DNA of 30,066 bases, taken from positions 1 through 30,066 of the forward strand of contig CABMCB010000085.1 in the NCBI GenBank assembly GCA_902384455.1. Direction: 5' to 3'. The notes below the pieces were generated by a model, which had not been told where the DNA came from, made no database searches, and was given only the letters and a program-made list of their open reading frames with translations. Of this stretch, positions 1 through 10,000 are shown piece after piece. The translations under genes and the position numbers were made by a program. Source of the stretch: an uncultured archaeon (GTDB lineage: Archaea > Altiarchaeota > Altiarchaeia > IMC4 > SCGC-AAA252-I15). Position 1 is the stretch's first letter, and each line of letters opens with the position of its first letter.

Positions 1-2
1 AC

Positions 3-269
3 ATACAAAACATGCTCATCAACGGCACACCCGTCTACATAATAGAACAAGGATGGACATACGACCCCGCAATGAAAGACCCCCAAACAGGCCGCATAGT
101 ACAACAACCCTGGAGCCAGCTACTGCAAGCAAACTTCATCCTCACCCCAATAGGCACATGGCTCGACGAAGACTGGCACAGAGACACCGTGGAATTCGCC
201 CTATACAACAGCACAGACTACAAAATAACAATGCGCCCACCCCAAACACAAACAAACCAAAATGCTTGA
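3..269 (+). CDS. Hypothetical protein, C-terminal fragment (probably starts upstream of the window)
   Basis: Frame is open from the window edge. A/C-rich codon usage matches the next gene, and its 3' end overlaps the methyltransferase start by 8 nt. Confidence 0.6.
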   Translation: MQNMLINGTPVYIIEQGWTYDPAMKDPQTGRIVQQPWSQLLQANFILTPIGTWLDEDWHRDTVEFALYNSTDYKITMRPPQTQTNQNA

Positions 270-840
270 CGGCCTAACAGCCCCAATACGCGAACACGTA
301 CACCTCGGCCGCTACCGTATAGTCGCAGACTGGATTAAAGACGAAGGAAAAACAGTCCTCGACATAGGATGCGGCCGACCCTGCCCCACAATGCATGAAG
401 GCGCATTCTTGGACACATTAGGATACGGATTCGGCCTCGACTTAAAACGCTACAAAATAAACCACCCGCTAACGCAGGGCTCAATGACCGCGCTGCCTTA
501 CGCCGACAATTCTTTCGACGCCGTCGTCGCCATGGAAGTGATAGAGCACGTCAAAGACTACCCAACCGCCCTCAAGGAAGTAAAGCGCGTACTTAGGCCG
601 GGCGGAGTCTTTGTTATGACGACGCCCGAAAACACATTCATCGAGACCGCATTCTGGGCGCTTTGGGAAAAAACCGCAGGAGAAATGTGGCACGGAGAAC
701 ACGTAACAAACCTCACCCAACAACAATGGAAGACGGAACTCTCAAAATACTTCAACATAGAAGAATTCAGAAGATACCGCAGAGGACTAAGCCAATTCTA
801 CAAACTACGAAAAGACAATATGGCGGGAGCAAAGAACTGA
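262..840 (+). CDS. Class I SAM-dependent methyltransferase (Methyltransf_11-like)
   Basis: Motif I VLDIGCG, then LPYADNSFDAVVAMEVIEHV and EVKRVLRPGG. Confidence 0.9.
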   Translation: MLDGLTAPIREHVHLGRYRIVADWIKDEGKTVLDIGCGRPCPTMHEGAFLDTLGYGFGLDLKRYKINHPLTQGSMTALPYADNSFDAVVAMEVIEHVKDYPTALKEVKRVLRPGGVFVMTTPENTFIETAFWALWEKTAGEMWHGEHVTNLTQQQWKTELSKYFNIEEFRRYRRGLSQFYKLRKDNMAGAKN

Positions 841-864
841 TTATTCGGGATTGAAGTTCGGGCT

Positions 865-1107
865 TTACTTACTCCTCATCTTAGTTTTCATGTCAAATAT
901 CGCGAGAATCACGCCGACCCCCATCAGACTATAACCCAATAATCTGTCGTCTCCGAAAATGATTCCTGCCAACATAAATCCGAAAGCGAGGCCTGCTAAT
1001 GGGGTGAGCTTTTTGCGTTTTGTGTTTTTCTTTGCGAGAAAAAAAAGTGCGGCGATAACGGCTAAGACAACAATAGATGCGGCGATATATATTTGCGACG
1101 GATTCAC
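865..1107 (-). CDS. Small membrane protein (about 80 aa, three hydrophobic segments)
   Basis: The track ORF 865..1260 overlaps endoQ. GTG at 1107 is preceded by SD-like AGGTGG and gives MNPSQIYIAASIVVLAVIAALFFL-KKNTKRKK-LTPLAGLAFGFMLAGIIFG-DDR-LLGYSLMGVGVILAIFD. Confidence 0.65.
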   Translation of the reverse strand: MNPSQIYIAASIVVLAVIAALFFLAKKNTKRKKLTPLAGLAFGFMLAGIIFGDDRLLGYSLMGVGVILAIFDMKTKMRSK

Positions 1108-1182
1108 GATGCCACCTAAGTTCATTATGCTCCCTAAGTAATTAACGCTAACTTTTACATTCCAATTCTCACCTTCTACTAC

Positions 1183-2418
1183 ATGGTCCTCATCAACGCC
1201 GACTTGCATCTTCACAGCCGCTTCAGCGGAGGAACGAGCGCCGACATGGACGCCTCTCATCTGGCGTCTTGGGGCGAAAAAAAAGGTCTTGATTTAGTCG
1301 GAACCGGCGATTGCACTCACCCGGTTTACCGGCGGATGCTCAAGGAGGAACTGAAGGAAGAAAACGAAGGCATCTACCGGCACGCTCAAAGCGGAAGCCG
1401 CCTCATATACACCACAGAAGTCGAAGACGCACACAGAGTCCACCACGTCATACTACTACCTTCCGCCGACGCAGCAGACGAATTCTCAGAACAACTCGCA
1501 AAACACGCCGACTTATCCATAGACGGCCGCCCCCACGTGAAACTGGAGGCGGCGGAAGTTGTTGACGCAGTCGAATCAGTCGGCGGTTTGATTGGGCCTT
1601 CTCACGCGTTCACTCCCTGGACTAGCATATACAAGGAACACGGCAGCCTACTTGACTGCTACGGAACCGCAAAACGCCACATATCCTTCGTAGAACTTGG
1701 TTTGTCTTCCGACACAGACCTCGCCGACAGAATAGAAGAATTAACTCACTTTTCGTTTCTGACGGCAAGCGACAGCCACAGCCCCCAACCCCACCGCCTC
1801 GGCCGCGAATTCACCCAATTCGAAGTCAAAGAAGTATCCTTTCCAGAGTTAGCCAAAGCCTTCAAACGCGAAGGAGGACGGAAAATAACACTCAACGCCG
1901 GCCTAAACCCCCGCGAAGGAAAATACCACCTTACGGCCTGCACACGCTGCTACAAAAAATACCGGCTACCCGACGCCGCAACACTCAAATACCGCTGCCC
2001 AATATGCAAAGGCCTAATAAAAAAAGGAGTCCTAGACCGAATCAACGAGCTTGCGTCGTGGGATACGCCACACCACCCCCAATGGAGGCCGCCTTACAAG
2101 CACATTCTGCCTCTGCACGAGGCCATAGCTTTGGCTAAGGGAATTAGGAATGCGGCAAGCAAGAAGGTAGGGGACGAGTGGGTGCGTCTCACAGGCAAGT
2201 TGGGGTCGGAAATCAACGTGCTACTGTATGTTCCGCTGGACGACATCCGCGTTTTATCTCCTGACGTAGCCTCAGTGATACAACGGCTGAGGAACGACTC
2301 CCTGCAGTACGTCGCAGGCGGAGGAGGGCAATACGGCCGTCCGACGCTTACGGGAGAAAGAGATGATTTCTACGGTTTGGGGCAGAAGAGTCTGCTTGAA
2401 TATAACGAGACGATTTAA
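1183..2418 (+). CDS. endoQ: Endonuclease Q family PHP-domain nuclease with C4 zinc finger (TIGR00375-like)
   Basis: ADLHLHSRFS, GTGDCTHP, HAFTPW, ELGLSSD, SDSHS, GKYH followed by CTRC...CPIC, and C-terminal GGGGQYG. Confidence 0.85.
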   Translation: MVLINADLHLHSRFSGGTSADMDASHLASWGEKKGLDLVGTGDCTHPVYRRMLKEELKEENEGIYRHAQSGSRLIYTTEVEDAHRVHHVILLPSADAADEFSEQLAKHADLSIDGRPHVKLEAAEVVDAVESVGGLIGPSHAFTPWTSIYKEHGSLLDCYGTAKRHISFVELGLSSDTDLADRIEELTHFSFLTASDSHSPQPHRLGREFTQFEVKEVSFPELAKAFKREGGRKITLNAGLNPREGKYHLTACTRCYKKYRLPDAATLKYRCPICKGLIKKGVLDRINELASWDTPHHPQWRPPYKHILPLHEAIALAKGIRNAASKKVGDEWVRLTGKLGSEINVLLYVPLDDIRVLSPDVASVIQRLRNDSLQYVAGGGGQYGRPTLTGERDDFYGLGQKSLLEYNETI

Positions 2419-2487
2419 TCGTCTTTTATATTCTTCCGCCAAATACTCATCCATAGGGGCTTGGACGCCTCTATTGGTGAATTAGAA

Positions 2488-2685
2488 ATGGAAAAACACG
2501 CAGCCAAAGAATGCTGCCACGGGGAAGAAAAGGGGTTCGCCCTATACATCTGGGCTGTGACACTCATTACTTTAGGATTCTGGATGGTTGTCCGCGAGGT
2601 TTGGCCTCAGCTTCCGTTCGGCACCGTGTTCCTCGCTTTAGGTGTTATCCTAATGTACGAGTTGCACGCCCACAATAACAAATAG
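2488..2685 (+). CDS. Small two-TM membrane protein
   Basis: ATG at 2488 is preceded by GGTGA. Two hydrophobic segments (FALYIWAVTLITLGFWMVV and FGTVFLALGVILMY). Confidence 0.55.
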   Translation: MEKHAAKECCHGEEKGFALYIWAVTLITLGFWMVVREVWPQLPFGTVFLALGVILMYELHAHNNK

Positions 2686-2701
2686 GGCGCTAAACAACAA
2701 G

Positions 2702-2758
2702 TTTATTAAGGGGTTCGTCCTAGTCTACCTAAAGTAGGTTATTCTAGGACATCGTCCT
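2702..2758 (+). promoter_or_regulatory. Putative TATA box and inverted repeat upstream of psmB
   Basis: TTTATTAA at 2702-2709, then GTCCTAG(2717-2723)...CTAGGAC(2744-2750) enclosing ACCTA-AAG-TAGGT. Confidence 0.4.
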
Positions 2759-2784
2759 TAGTTAACGTATTCGAGGGGATTCTT

Positions 2785-3411
2785 TTGGAAGAAAAGATAC
2801 TTAAGGGGACTACCACAATAGGGCTTGTATGCAGTGACGGAGTGGTTTTGGCCACTGACCGCCGGGCAAGCTACGGTCATTTTATCGCAAGCAAGACTGC
2901 TAAGAAGGCGTTCAACATAAACAACAAGGTGGCGGCTACTGTTGCAGGAAGTGTCGGCGACGCAGAATCCCTTATGCGCCTTATACAGGCGGAAGCGGCG
3001 CTCTACGAAATAAACAACGGAGAGTCAATGCAGGCCAGAAGCGTGTCTTCTCTTCTTTCCAACATACTTCAGGGAAGCAGAGTGTTCCCCTACCTAGTCC
3101 AGCTGATAATCGCCGGTCAAGACGGCAAAAAATACGCGTTATTCACATTAGACCCCATCGGCGGCTTAATAGAAGAAACATACGCAAGCACGGGCAGCGG
3201 CAGCCCCATGGCGTACGGCATCCTTGAACGCGACTTTAAGGAGAATACGCCGGTGGAAAAAAACCTCGTCATAGCTTTGCACGCGTTGGCGGCGGCTCTT
3301 GCCCGCGACAGCGGCACAGGCGACGGAATGGACTTGTACTCCATCACCGAAGCCGGATTCAAGCAGTACTCCGACGAGGAAGTAAAGAAGATACTGGACG
3401 CCGCAAAGTAA
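2785..3411 (+). CDS. psmB: 20S proteasome beta subunit
   Basis: Short propeptide, then G|TTTIG with the catalytic Thr; DGVVLATDRRAS, AGSVGDA, TGSGSPMAYG, RDSGTGDG. TTG start preceded by GAGGGG. Confidence 0.95.
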   Translation: MEEKILKGTTTIGLVCSDGVVLATDRRASYGHFIASKTAKKAFNINNKVAATVAGSVGDAESLMRLIQAEAALYEINNGESMQARSVSSLLSNILQGSRVFPYLVQLIIAGQDGKKYALFTLDPIGGLIEETYASTGSGSPMAYGILERDFKENTPVEKNLVIALHALAAALARDSGTGDGMDLYSITEAGFKQYSDEEVKKILDAAK

Positions 3412-3494
3412 GACTGCTCTGACGCCTACATTACGGCGTAAGGGTTTGCTAAATATCTAATTAGTGATTCACCTAAAGGCAGAAAAACTCAGCC

Positions 3495-5378
3495 ATGGAA
3501 CTTAAAGAAATAAAACAGCTTCTTGAGGCAAACGGCCCTAAAGACAAGATAACCAAGGTGGACTTGGAGGGGCCTAAAGTCATCGTTTACACCGACGACA
3601 TGCCTTACTTCGTCGATAACCACAATGTCGTGCGGGAGTTGGCAAGCGTCCTGAAGAAGCGCATAATCATCCGTTCGTCACCTGACTCGCGCATGAGCCA
3701 GCCTGAAGCTGAAAAACTCATCCGCGGAATTATTCCTGCCGAAGCGGAGATTGACGAAGTAGTGTTCGACGAAACGTTCGGCGAAGTCCGCATTGAAGCC
3801 GAGAAACTTGGTTTGGTCATAGGGAAGCGGGGCAGCACTCTCGAGGACATAACAAAGCAGACTCGGTGGGTGCCTAAGCTTTTGAGGAAACCGCCGATTC
3901 AGTCCGACATCGTCCGAAGCATGAGGAAAACGCTCCTTGAGAACTCCGAGGAACGCCAGAAGATACTCAAGAGTGTGGGAAAGAAAATCTACCGCAAACC
4001 AGAGCACGAGTGCGACTGGCTAAGGCTAACTCCCCTTGGCGGCGCAGGCCAAGTCGGCAGAAGCTGCTTCCTACTTCAGACTCCTGAAAGCAACGTATTC
4101 TTGGACTGCGGAATCAACGTCGCAGCCCAAGGCACAGACAAATTCCCAGACCTAAGAGCCGCAAACATCGCGCTTACTGAGCTTGATGCGGTCGTTTTAA
4201 GTCACGCTCACATAGACCACTGCGGATTCATACCTTACCTATACCACTACGGCTACGAAGGCCCTGTGTACTGCACTGAGCCCACAAGGGACATAGCAAG
4301 CCTCCTGTTGTTGGATGCTGTGGAGATTGGCGAGTGGGAGAATGAGCAGCTCCCCTACACTCACGTGGACGTGAGGACTTTCATCAAACACTGCATTACA
4401 TTAGATTACGGCGAAGTCGCAGACATAACCCCAGACATACACCTCACGTTCTACAACGCAGGCCACATACTGGGGTCCGCCATAAGCCATCTGCACATAG
4501 GCGAAGGACTACACAACCTCGTCTACACCGGAGACCTCAAGTTCGGAGACACAAGGCTTCTAGAACCAGCAGACTACAACTTCCCCCGCGTAGAAACACT
4601 ACTAATAGAATGCACATACGGAGGCCGACACGACATCGCGCCCAAACGCTTTGAGGCGGAAAAAGCATTCGTAGACATAATCACAAAAACCCTCGGCCGA
4701 GGCGGAAAAGTCATCATACCCGTTTTCAGCGTAGGCCGCAGTCAGGAAGTAATGATGGTTTTGGAGAACGCGGCCCGCTACGACAACTTCAACGTCCCAA
4801 TTTACTTGGACGGAATGATTTGGGAGGCAACCGCTATCCACACGATTTATCCTGAGTTTTTGAAGCGCCCAATTAAGCATCGCGTGTTCAACGGGCAGAA
4901 TCCCTTCCTCATGGACGCGTTCACCAAAGTGAACCCCAAACAGCGCAGCGAAATAATCAACGGTCCGCCGTGCATAATTCTTGCCACAAGCGGAATGATG
5001 ACTGGCGGTCCGTCCGTGGAATACTTCAAGCAGTTCGCTCCGGACGAGAAAAACAGCCTGATATTCGTCGGATACCAGTCGGAAGGAAGCCTGGGGCGCC
5101 GCCTCCAAAATGGGATGCGCGAGTATCTCACGCACGAGAACGGCCGCACCAAGTCTATTCCCGTGAACATGGAGGTTAATACTATCGAAGGGTTTTCAGG
5201 TCACGCGGACCGTAGGCAGCTTTTGGGTTATAAGAAGAAGATTCATCCTAAGCCGAACAGAGTGTTGCTTGTGCACGGCGAGCAGACGAAGCTTCAGCAG
5301 TACAGTCAGGCGGTAAGGGAAATGTTCCGCATAGAGACGACTGCGCCAAGGAACCTCGACACAATGAGGCTTGTTTAA
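3495..5378 (+). CDS. fttA: aCPSF1 / FttA beta-CASP ribonuclease with N-terminal KH domains (transcription termination factor)
   Basis: KH motif GLVIGKRG, GGAGQVGRSC, MBL motif SHAHIDH, AGHILGSA, FSVGRSQE, GFSGHAD, VHGE. Conserved archaeal synteny with psmB. Confidence 0.93.
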   Translation: MELKEIKQLLEANGPKDKITKVDLEGPKVIVYTDDMPYFVDNHNVVRELASVLKKRIIIRSSPDSRMSQPEAEKLIRGIIPAEAEIDEVVFDETFGEVRIEAEKLGLVIGKRGSTLEDITKQTRWVPKLLRKPPIQSDIVRSMRKTLLENSEERQKILKSVGKKIYRKPEHECDWLRLTPLGGAGQVGRSCFLLQTPESNVFLDCGINVAAQGTDKFPDLRAANIALTELDAVVLSHAHIDHCGFIPYLYHYGYEGPVYCTEPTRDIASLLLLDAVEIGEWENEQLPYTHVDVRTFIKHCITLDYGEVADITPDIHLTFYNAGHILGSAISHLHIGEGLHNLVYTGDLKFGDTRLLEPADYNFPRVETLLIECTYGGRHDIAPKRFEAEKAFVDIITKTLGRGGKVIIPVFSVGRSQEVMMVLENAARYDNFNVPIYLDGMIWEATAIHTIYPEFLKRPIKHRVFNGQNPFLMDAFTKVNPKQRSEIINGPPCIILATSGMMTGGPSVEYFKQFAPDEKNSLIFVGYQSEGSLGRRLQNGMREYLTHENGRTKSIPVNMEVNTIEGFSGHADRRQLLGYKKKIHPKPNRVLLVHGEQTKLQQYSQAVREMFRIETTAPRNLDTMRLV

Positions 5379-5471
5379 GGCGCAATCTAATGTTTGCCTT
5401 AAAGCTTCCTTATTCTTTGGGCCCCTTCTATGGATAGTTGTCGCCAAGTAATTTCTTGGCGGCCTATCTTT

Positions 5472-6827
5472 CTAGCAGACTTTGGGCAGTTTTTTGAGTG
5501 ACTCTTTTATTTTTTCTTTGGGGTACTCGTAGTCTGTCAGTTTGCCTTCGAAGTATCTGTCGTAGCTTCCTAGGTCTATTAGGCCGTGTCCGCTTAGGTT
5601 GAATAGGATCGTTTTTTCCTCTTTCTTTTTCTTGCATTCCAGCGCGTGGTCGATTACGCTTTTTATTGCGTGCGCTGACTCTGGCGCGGGAATTATGCCT
5701 TCGGTTCTTGCGAACTTGACTGCCGCGTCAAATACTTCAAGCTGGTTGTAGGATTCCGCATTCATTACTCCCAGCTCGGTTAGGTGGGATACGAGCGGCG
5801 CCATCCCGTGGTAACGCAGGCCTCCTGCGTGTATTCCCGGCGGCATGAAGTCGTGGCCTAAAGTGAACATCTTCAAAAGCGGCGTGAGTCCTACCGTGTC
5901 GCCGAAGTCGTATGCGAATTCTCCTTTAGTGAGGCTTGGGCAGCTTTTGGGTTCGACTCCTATGAAATCGATGTCGTGGCCGTCCAGTTTGTCTTTGACG
6001 AACGGGAACGAGATTCCGGCGTAGTTGCTTCCTCCTCCCACGCATCCGATAACTATGTCGGGGTGTCCTTCGCCCGCCATCTGAAGCTGTTTTTTCGCTT
6101 CAAGGCCGATGACTGTCTGGTGGAGCAATACGTGGTTTAAGACGCTTCCCAATGAGTATTTGGCGTCGTCGTGTGTGGCGGCGTCTTCAACCGCCTCGGA
6201 AATCGCTATCCCCAAGCTTCCTTGGCTGTTGGGGTCTTTGGCGAGTATGGTTCGGCCTGCGTTCGTCTTGTTTGTGGGGCTTGGGAATACCTCGGCGCCC
6301 CAAGTCTGCATCATGCTTTTTCTGTACGGCTTTTGTTCGTAGCTGACTTTGACCATGTAGACTGTGCATTTGAGTCCGAAGAATGCGCATGAGAATGCGA
6401 GTGCGCTTCCCCATTGGCCTGCGCCTGTTTCAGTCGTGATTCGTGTGGTGCCAGCTTTCATGTTGTAGTATGCTTGGGCGACTGCTGTGTTTGGTTTGTG
6501 GCTGCCTGGCGGGCTTACTCCTTCGTATTTGTAGTAGATTTTCGCGGGAGTCTTAAGTAGTTTTTCGAGGCGGTGTGCGCGGTATAACGGTGAGGGTCTC
6601 CATAGGCGAAGTATGTCTCTGACTTCTTCGGGTATGTCTATCCAGCGTTCTGTGGAGACTTCTTGTTTGATGAGCTCCATGGGGAATATTGGTGCTAGGT
6701 CTTGTGGTCCTGCTGGTTTGCCTGTGGCCGGGTTCAGCGGCGGAGCAAGCGGCTTAGGCAGGTCTGCTTGGATGTTGTACCATTTTTTAGGCAGGTCGTT
6801 TTCGTCAAGAAGAATTTTTGTTTGCAT
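5472..6827 (-). CDS. trpB2: Tryptophan synthase beta chain type 2 (TrpB2)
   Basis: GSHKPNTA (PLP Lys), [40 protein letters not shown]-terminus [13 protein letters not shown] is typical of TrpB2. Confidence 0.95.
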   Translation of the reverse strand: MQTKILLDENDLPKKWYNIQADLPKPLAPPLNPATGKPAGPQDLAPIFPMELIKQEVSTERWIDIPEEVRDILRLWRPSPLYRAHRLEKLLKTPAKIYYKYEGVSPPGSHKPNTAVAQAYYNMKAGTTRITTETGAGQWGSALAFSCAFFGLKCTVYMVKVSYEQKPYRKSMMQTWGAEVFPSPTNKTNAGRTILAKDPNSQGSLGIAISEAVEDAATHDDAKYSLGSVLNHVLLHQTVIGLEAKKQLQMAGEGHPDIVIGCVGGGSNYAGISFPFVKDKLDGHDIDFIGVEPKSCPSLTKGEFAYDFGDTVGLTPLLKMFTLGHDFMPPGIHAGGLRYHGMAPLVSHLTELGVMNAESYNQLEVFDAAVKFARTEGIIPAPESAHAIKSVIDHALECKKKKEEKTILFNLSGHGLIDLGSYDRYFEGKLTDYEYPKEKIKESLKKLPKVC

Positions 6828-7013
6828 GATATCACCTATGCCCTCCTATTGCTCGCCAACCTTTTTATACATAAATGACGGATTTTCGACAATCGGTTTG
6901 TTGCCTGCCCCCAGTCGGTCCACATGCGTTCGGTCGCATCGAAAGCCGACAATGTGCATGAACGCCCACGAAACCCATATTTAGTCAGAATCTTCCCAAA
7001 ATACATCCACTCA

Positions 7014-10000
7014 ATGACGACAGAAGAGGTTCACCGAAGGCGAAGGCAATATGCGCCCAGTCCGGCGGTAGACGACATGATCCGCGCAGGCGACCCCATG
7101 CGGTTTGAGTTGGGGCCGGTGCCATATATACCAGAGAACAAATTCGAATACGTCACCTTAGACCAAATCGACGAAAGATTCCATTGCAAAGCCGCATTAA
7201 TCAGAGACCTACGGGCGGCCGGATTCCAAAAACCCCAGGCGCTGCGCTACCAAATAGAGGAGGGCGTCATAAGCAAGACTAGCCGCGGGATTGCCGCCAT
7301 CAACGTCTACACAGACCAAGACATGGTGACGACTGAACACCGGACAATGCGGGAGCCCGTCATCATCAACATGGCGGCCCGCTACCTAGTGAAGCAGCCA
7401 ATCGAAGGCGAAGTTACCGTCCAAAAATGGGCGGCAAGCCGCGACATGGCCCCCCTCCTGCTATCCTCTGGCAGTAACGAGTCTGACGGAGAATTTCTAA
7501 TCGAAAGTTACGAACGATACAAATCGGGACTCGTAGACTCCGGCAAAACCCTCACAATGGCTCAAGCCGAGGAATTCGGAAAAACCCTCGGAAGACATGT
7601 GGCCACTATGGTAGACAAAGGAACTCTATACGACTTCGGAAGAAGGCCCTTCACCCACACGCGGGTGAATCCTCTTCAGGACGGCACTACTGAAGTGCAC
7701 CTCATCGACTGGGGGAACGCAATACGACTTCAGGGGCGCCAGCAAGCAGACGTTGATGCACTCCTCCTTCACCAGTTTCGGGACATAGCCATAATGTGCC
7801 GGATGACGAGTTATGTGACGGGCCCCAGAGTTTGGCAGGCGTTCACTTCCGAATTCGTTTCTCATGTTTCACCTGCAGGTAGGGGTGATGCTCGTACTTG
7901 GGAGACGGCTCGCGTGAGAGGTCATAGGGAGCGGTTGTGGGCTCAGGAGCTTGTTCAAGGCACAGTCGACTCCCTTTTGAGCGTCGAAGACGCCCGCGCG
8001 CGCAGGAGCTGGTCGGCATTCTTCCAGCGGGCATCCGGTCAGCGGGCTCTAGCCTCCCGCGAGCTGCGTCCTCAGGAGCGTGAGGAAGTCGCCCTCTCAG
8101 AGTTAGTTCACGAGCGGCTTAGGGATCAAGCTGAAGGGCTTGATAGGAGCGCGACTGAAATCACGCGGGACGCTTATGCGAGGATTCGAGCGTTCAATGA
8201 AGAGGCAGCTGATGAAGACCGCCTCAACCCACTAAGAATGGGCGTCCGCGCCCAAAGGGTGAACTTTGAGGGCAAGGATGTAATTGAGGTTACTGTGAAT
8301 CGGCCCGAGCCCCGCAACACCACCTTCCTCACGTACTACGTGTTCACGGGCGCAGACGTGCAAAGAAAGCTTATCACAGTAACAGAGGGTGTCGGCAGGA
8401 AAATCGTCTATGCAGACGACGCTAAGACCCAGCTAGTGATGCGCAAGCAGTACGAGCCTATAAGTGTTTTCAGAGACGCGCCTGCGCATGTCGCTGAGGA
8501 ATTAGGTGAAGGAATCGCAGTCTTACTTGCGCGCGCCGCAAGAAGGGGCTTCACGTTAAGGCAACACTATGAGAACGACCTCCTTGTTAACCCAGAGGGC
8601 GGGTGGGAAGTAAAAGCGAGGAACCTCGAGGCTAATTCAATGTACGATCCCGACGCAATCACAGAGCAGGTGAAAGCAGCAGCCAGCCTTTGCCGGTCAA
8701 TGTCGTTGGGCCTTGTTGCGTGGAAGACCTTCTCTTTGACGCTTCCCCCCAGCGCAACCACTGTTGCAGAGGAGGCGATATACCGGGAGGCTCTTGGTAG
8801 AGCCGAGCACGACCTTTGCTTAAGCAGCAGTGGATGGAAGCAGTTTTTTGACGATGCGCGGGTGGTTATGTGGGATAACCCTGAAGTATCTAACCGTCAC
8901 CGTCAGTTCCTCGAATACAAGGAAGAGCAAGACCCCCTCGTCTTGTACGACCCCAGCAATCTCAGTCTTCTTATGGCGACCGAGCCCGTCGCAGCGCAGG
9001 TGATAGAAACATTCAGGCGCATGGGGATGGTTGATTGTCCCTGGCGTTCCATTCCCCACTTCCACGTAGGCATTCCGATAAGGGAAGAGCCTCACGAGAA
9101 TCTTTTAGCCGACGCCAGGATGGGGAAGGTAGATTTCACCCAAGATTACTCTTTCCTCATTGAGGTGGGCAGGTACGAGTGGCGGACGAGGCTCAGGAAC
9201 GAGAGTGTTTCTGATACGCGGTACCTTATCCCCGTGCGGGACGGAAGGGTTCAGACGCCAATACCCCTTTCAGCCAAAGACACAATCGAGGATAAGGGAT
9301 ACATCTTTCCGGCAGACTTCGATGCGTACCTGGTTCCGTCAGGCGAAGGCATGAGCTACTCCTTCTCGTGGGACGAACGAGCGTTCGCCGGCATGCCACC
9401 CGCGCTTGAGGACCTATCCCGCGCACTCGGCACCCGCCAAAGCTCAGCGCTAACAGAAGGGGAACGCGACCGCTACTTGCCGCTCCTAAGAAGGATCACC
9501 CACGAGCAGAGACTCTCCGCCACATGGGAAACAGTCGAGCAGACCGCGCTCTCTGAGTACACCGGATCATGGCGACCTATGCTCGCGGCGTGCAGGCGGA
9601 CAGTCGACGGAATGGAAGACTTCGACGACCGCTACAGATTCTTGGTGGGCGTAGACATTCCCCCGAGAGTAGCAGACGAAATAGGTCAGGGGCTTGTCGC
9701 GGCGTTGGATCCTCAGAGCCCAAAGCTTCTGGCGAAAACGAGGGAGGAACGGGGCGAAGTGGATTATTTCCAGCTATACCGAGAAATTCCGGAGGCTCTA
9801 GACGCAACGATAGCGCAAAGCTACCCCCTCTTCAGGGAGAATATTGAGCTTTTACTCACCTCACAGAAAGCATTACCCAAAGTCCGCAATAAGGAGCGAG
9901 AGCTGGGGCGGCATCTAACTCCCGCGGAATACGTCGAGCTTGTGGAGGGCGAGCAGCGCGTCATCCTGAAAGGTGACCGGCCTTCAGAGTACATAAGACG

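Noticed and set aside
1108-1260. Extended N-terminus of the 131-aa minus-strand ORF
   Set aside because: Overlaps the endoQ start head-to-head; a GTG with an SD at 1107 fits better.
6910-6965. Hammerhead ribozyme (stem followed by CGAAA)
   Set aside because: The CUGANGA core is absent.
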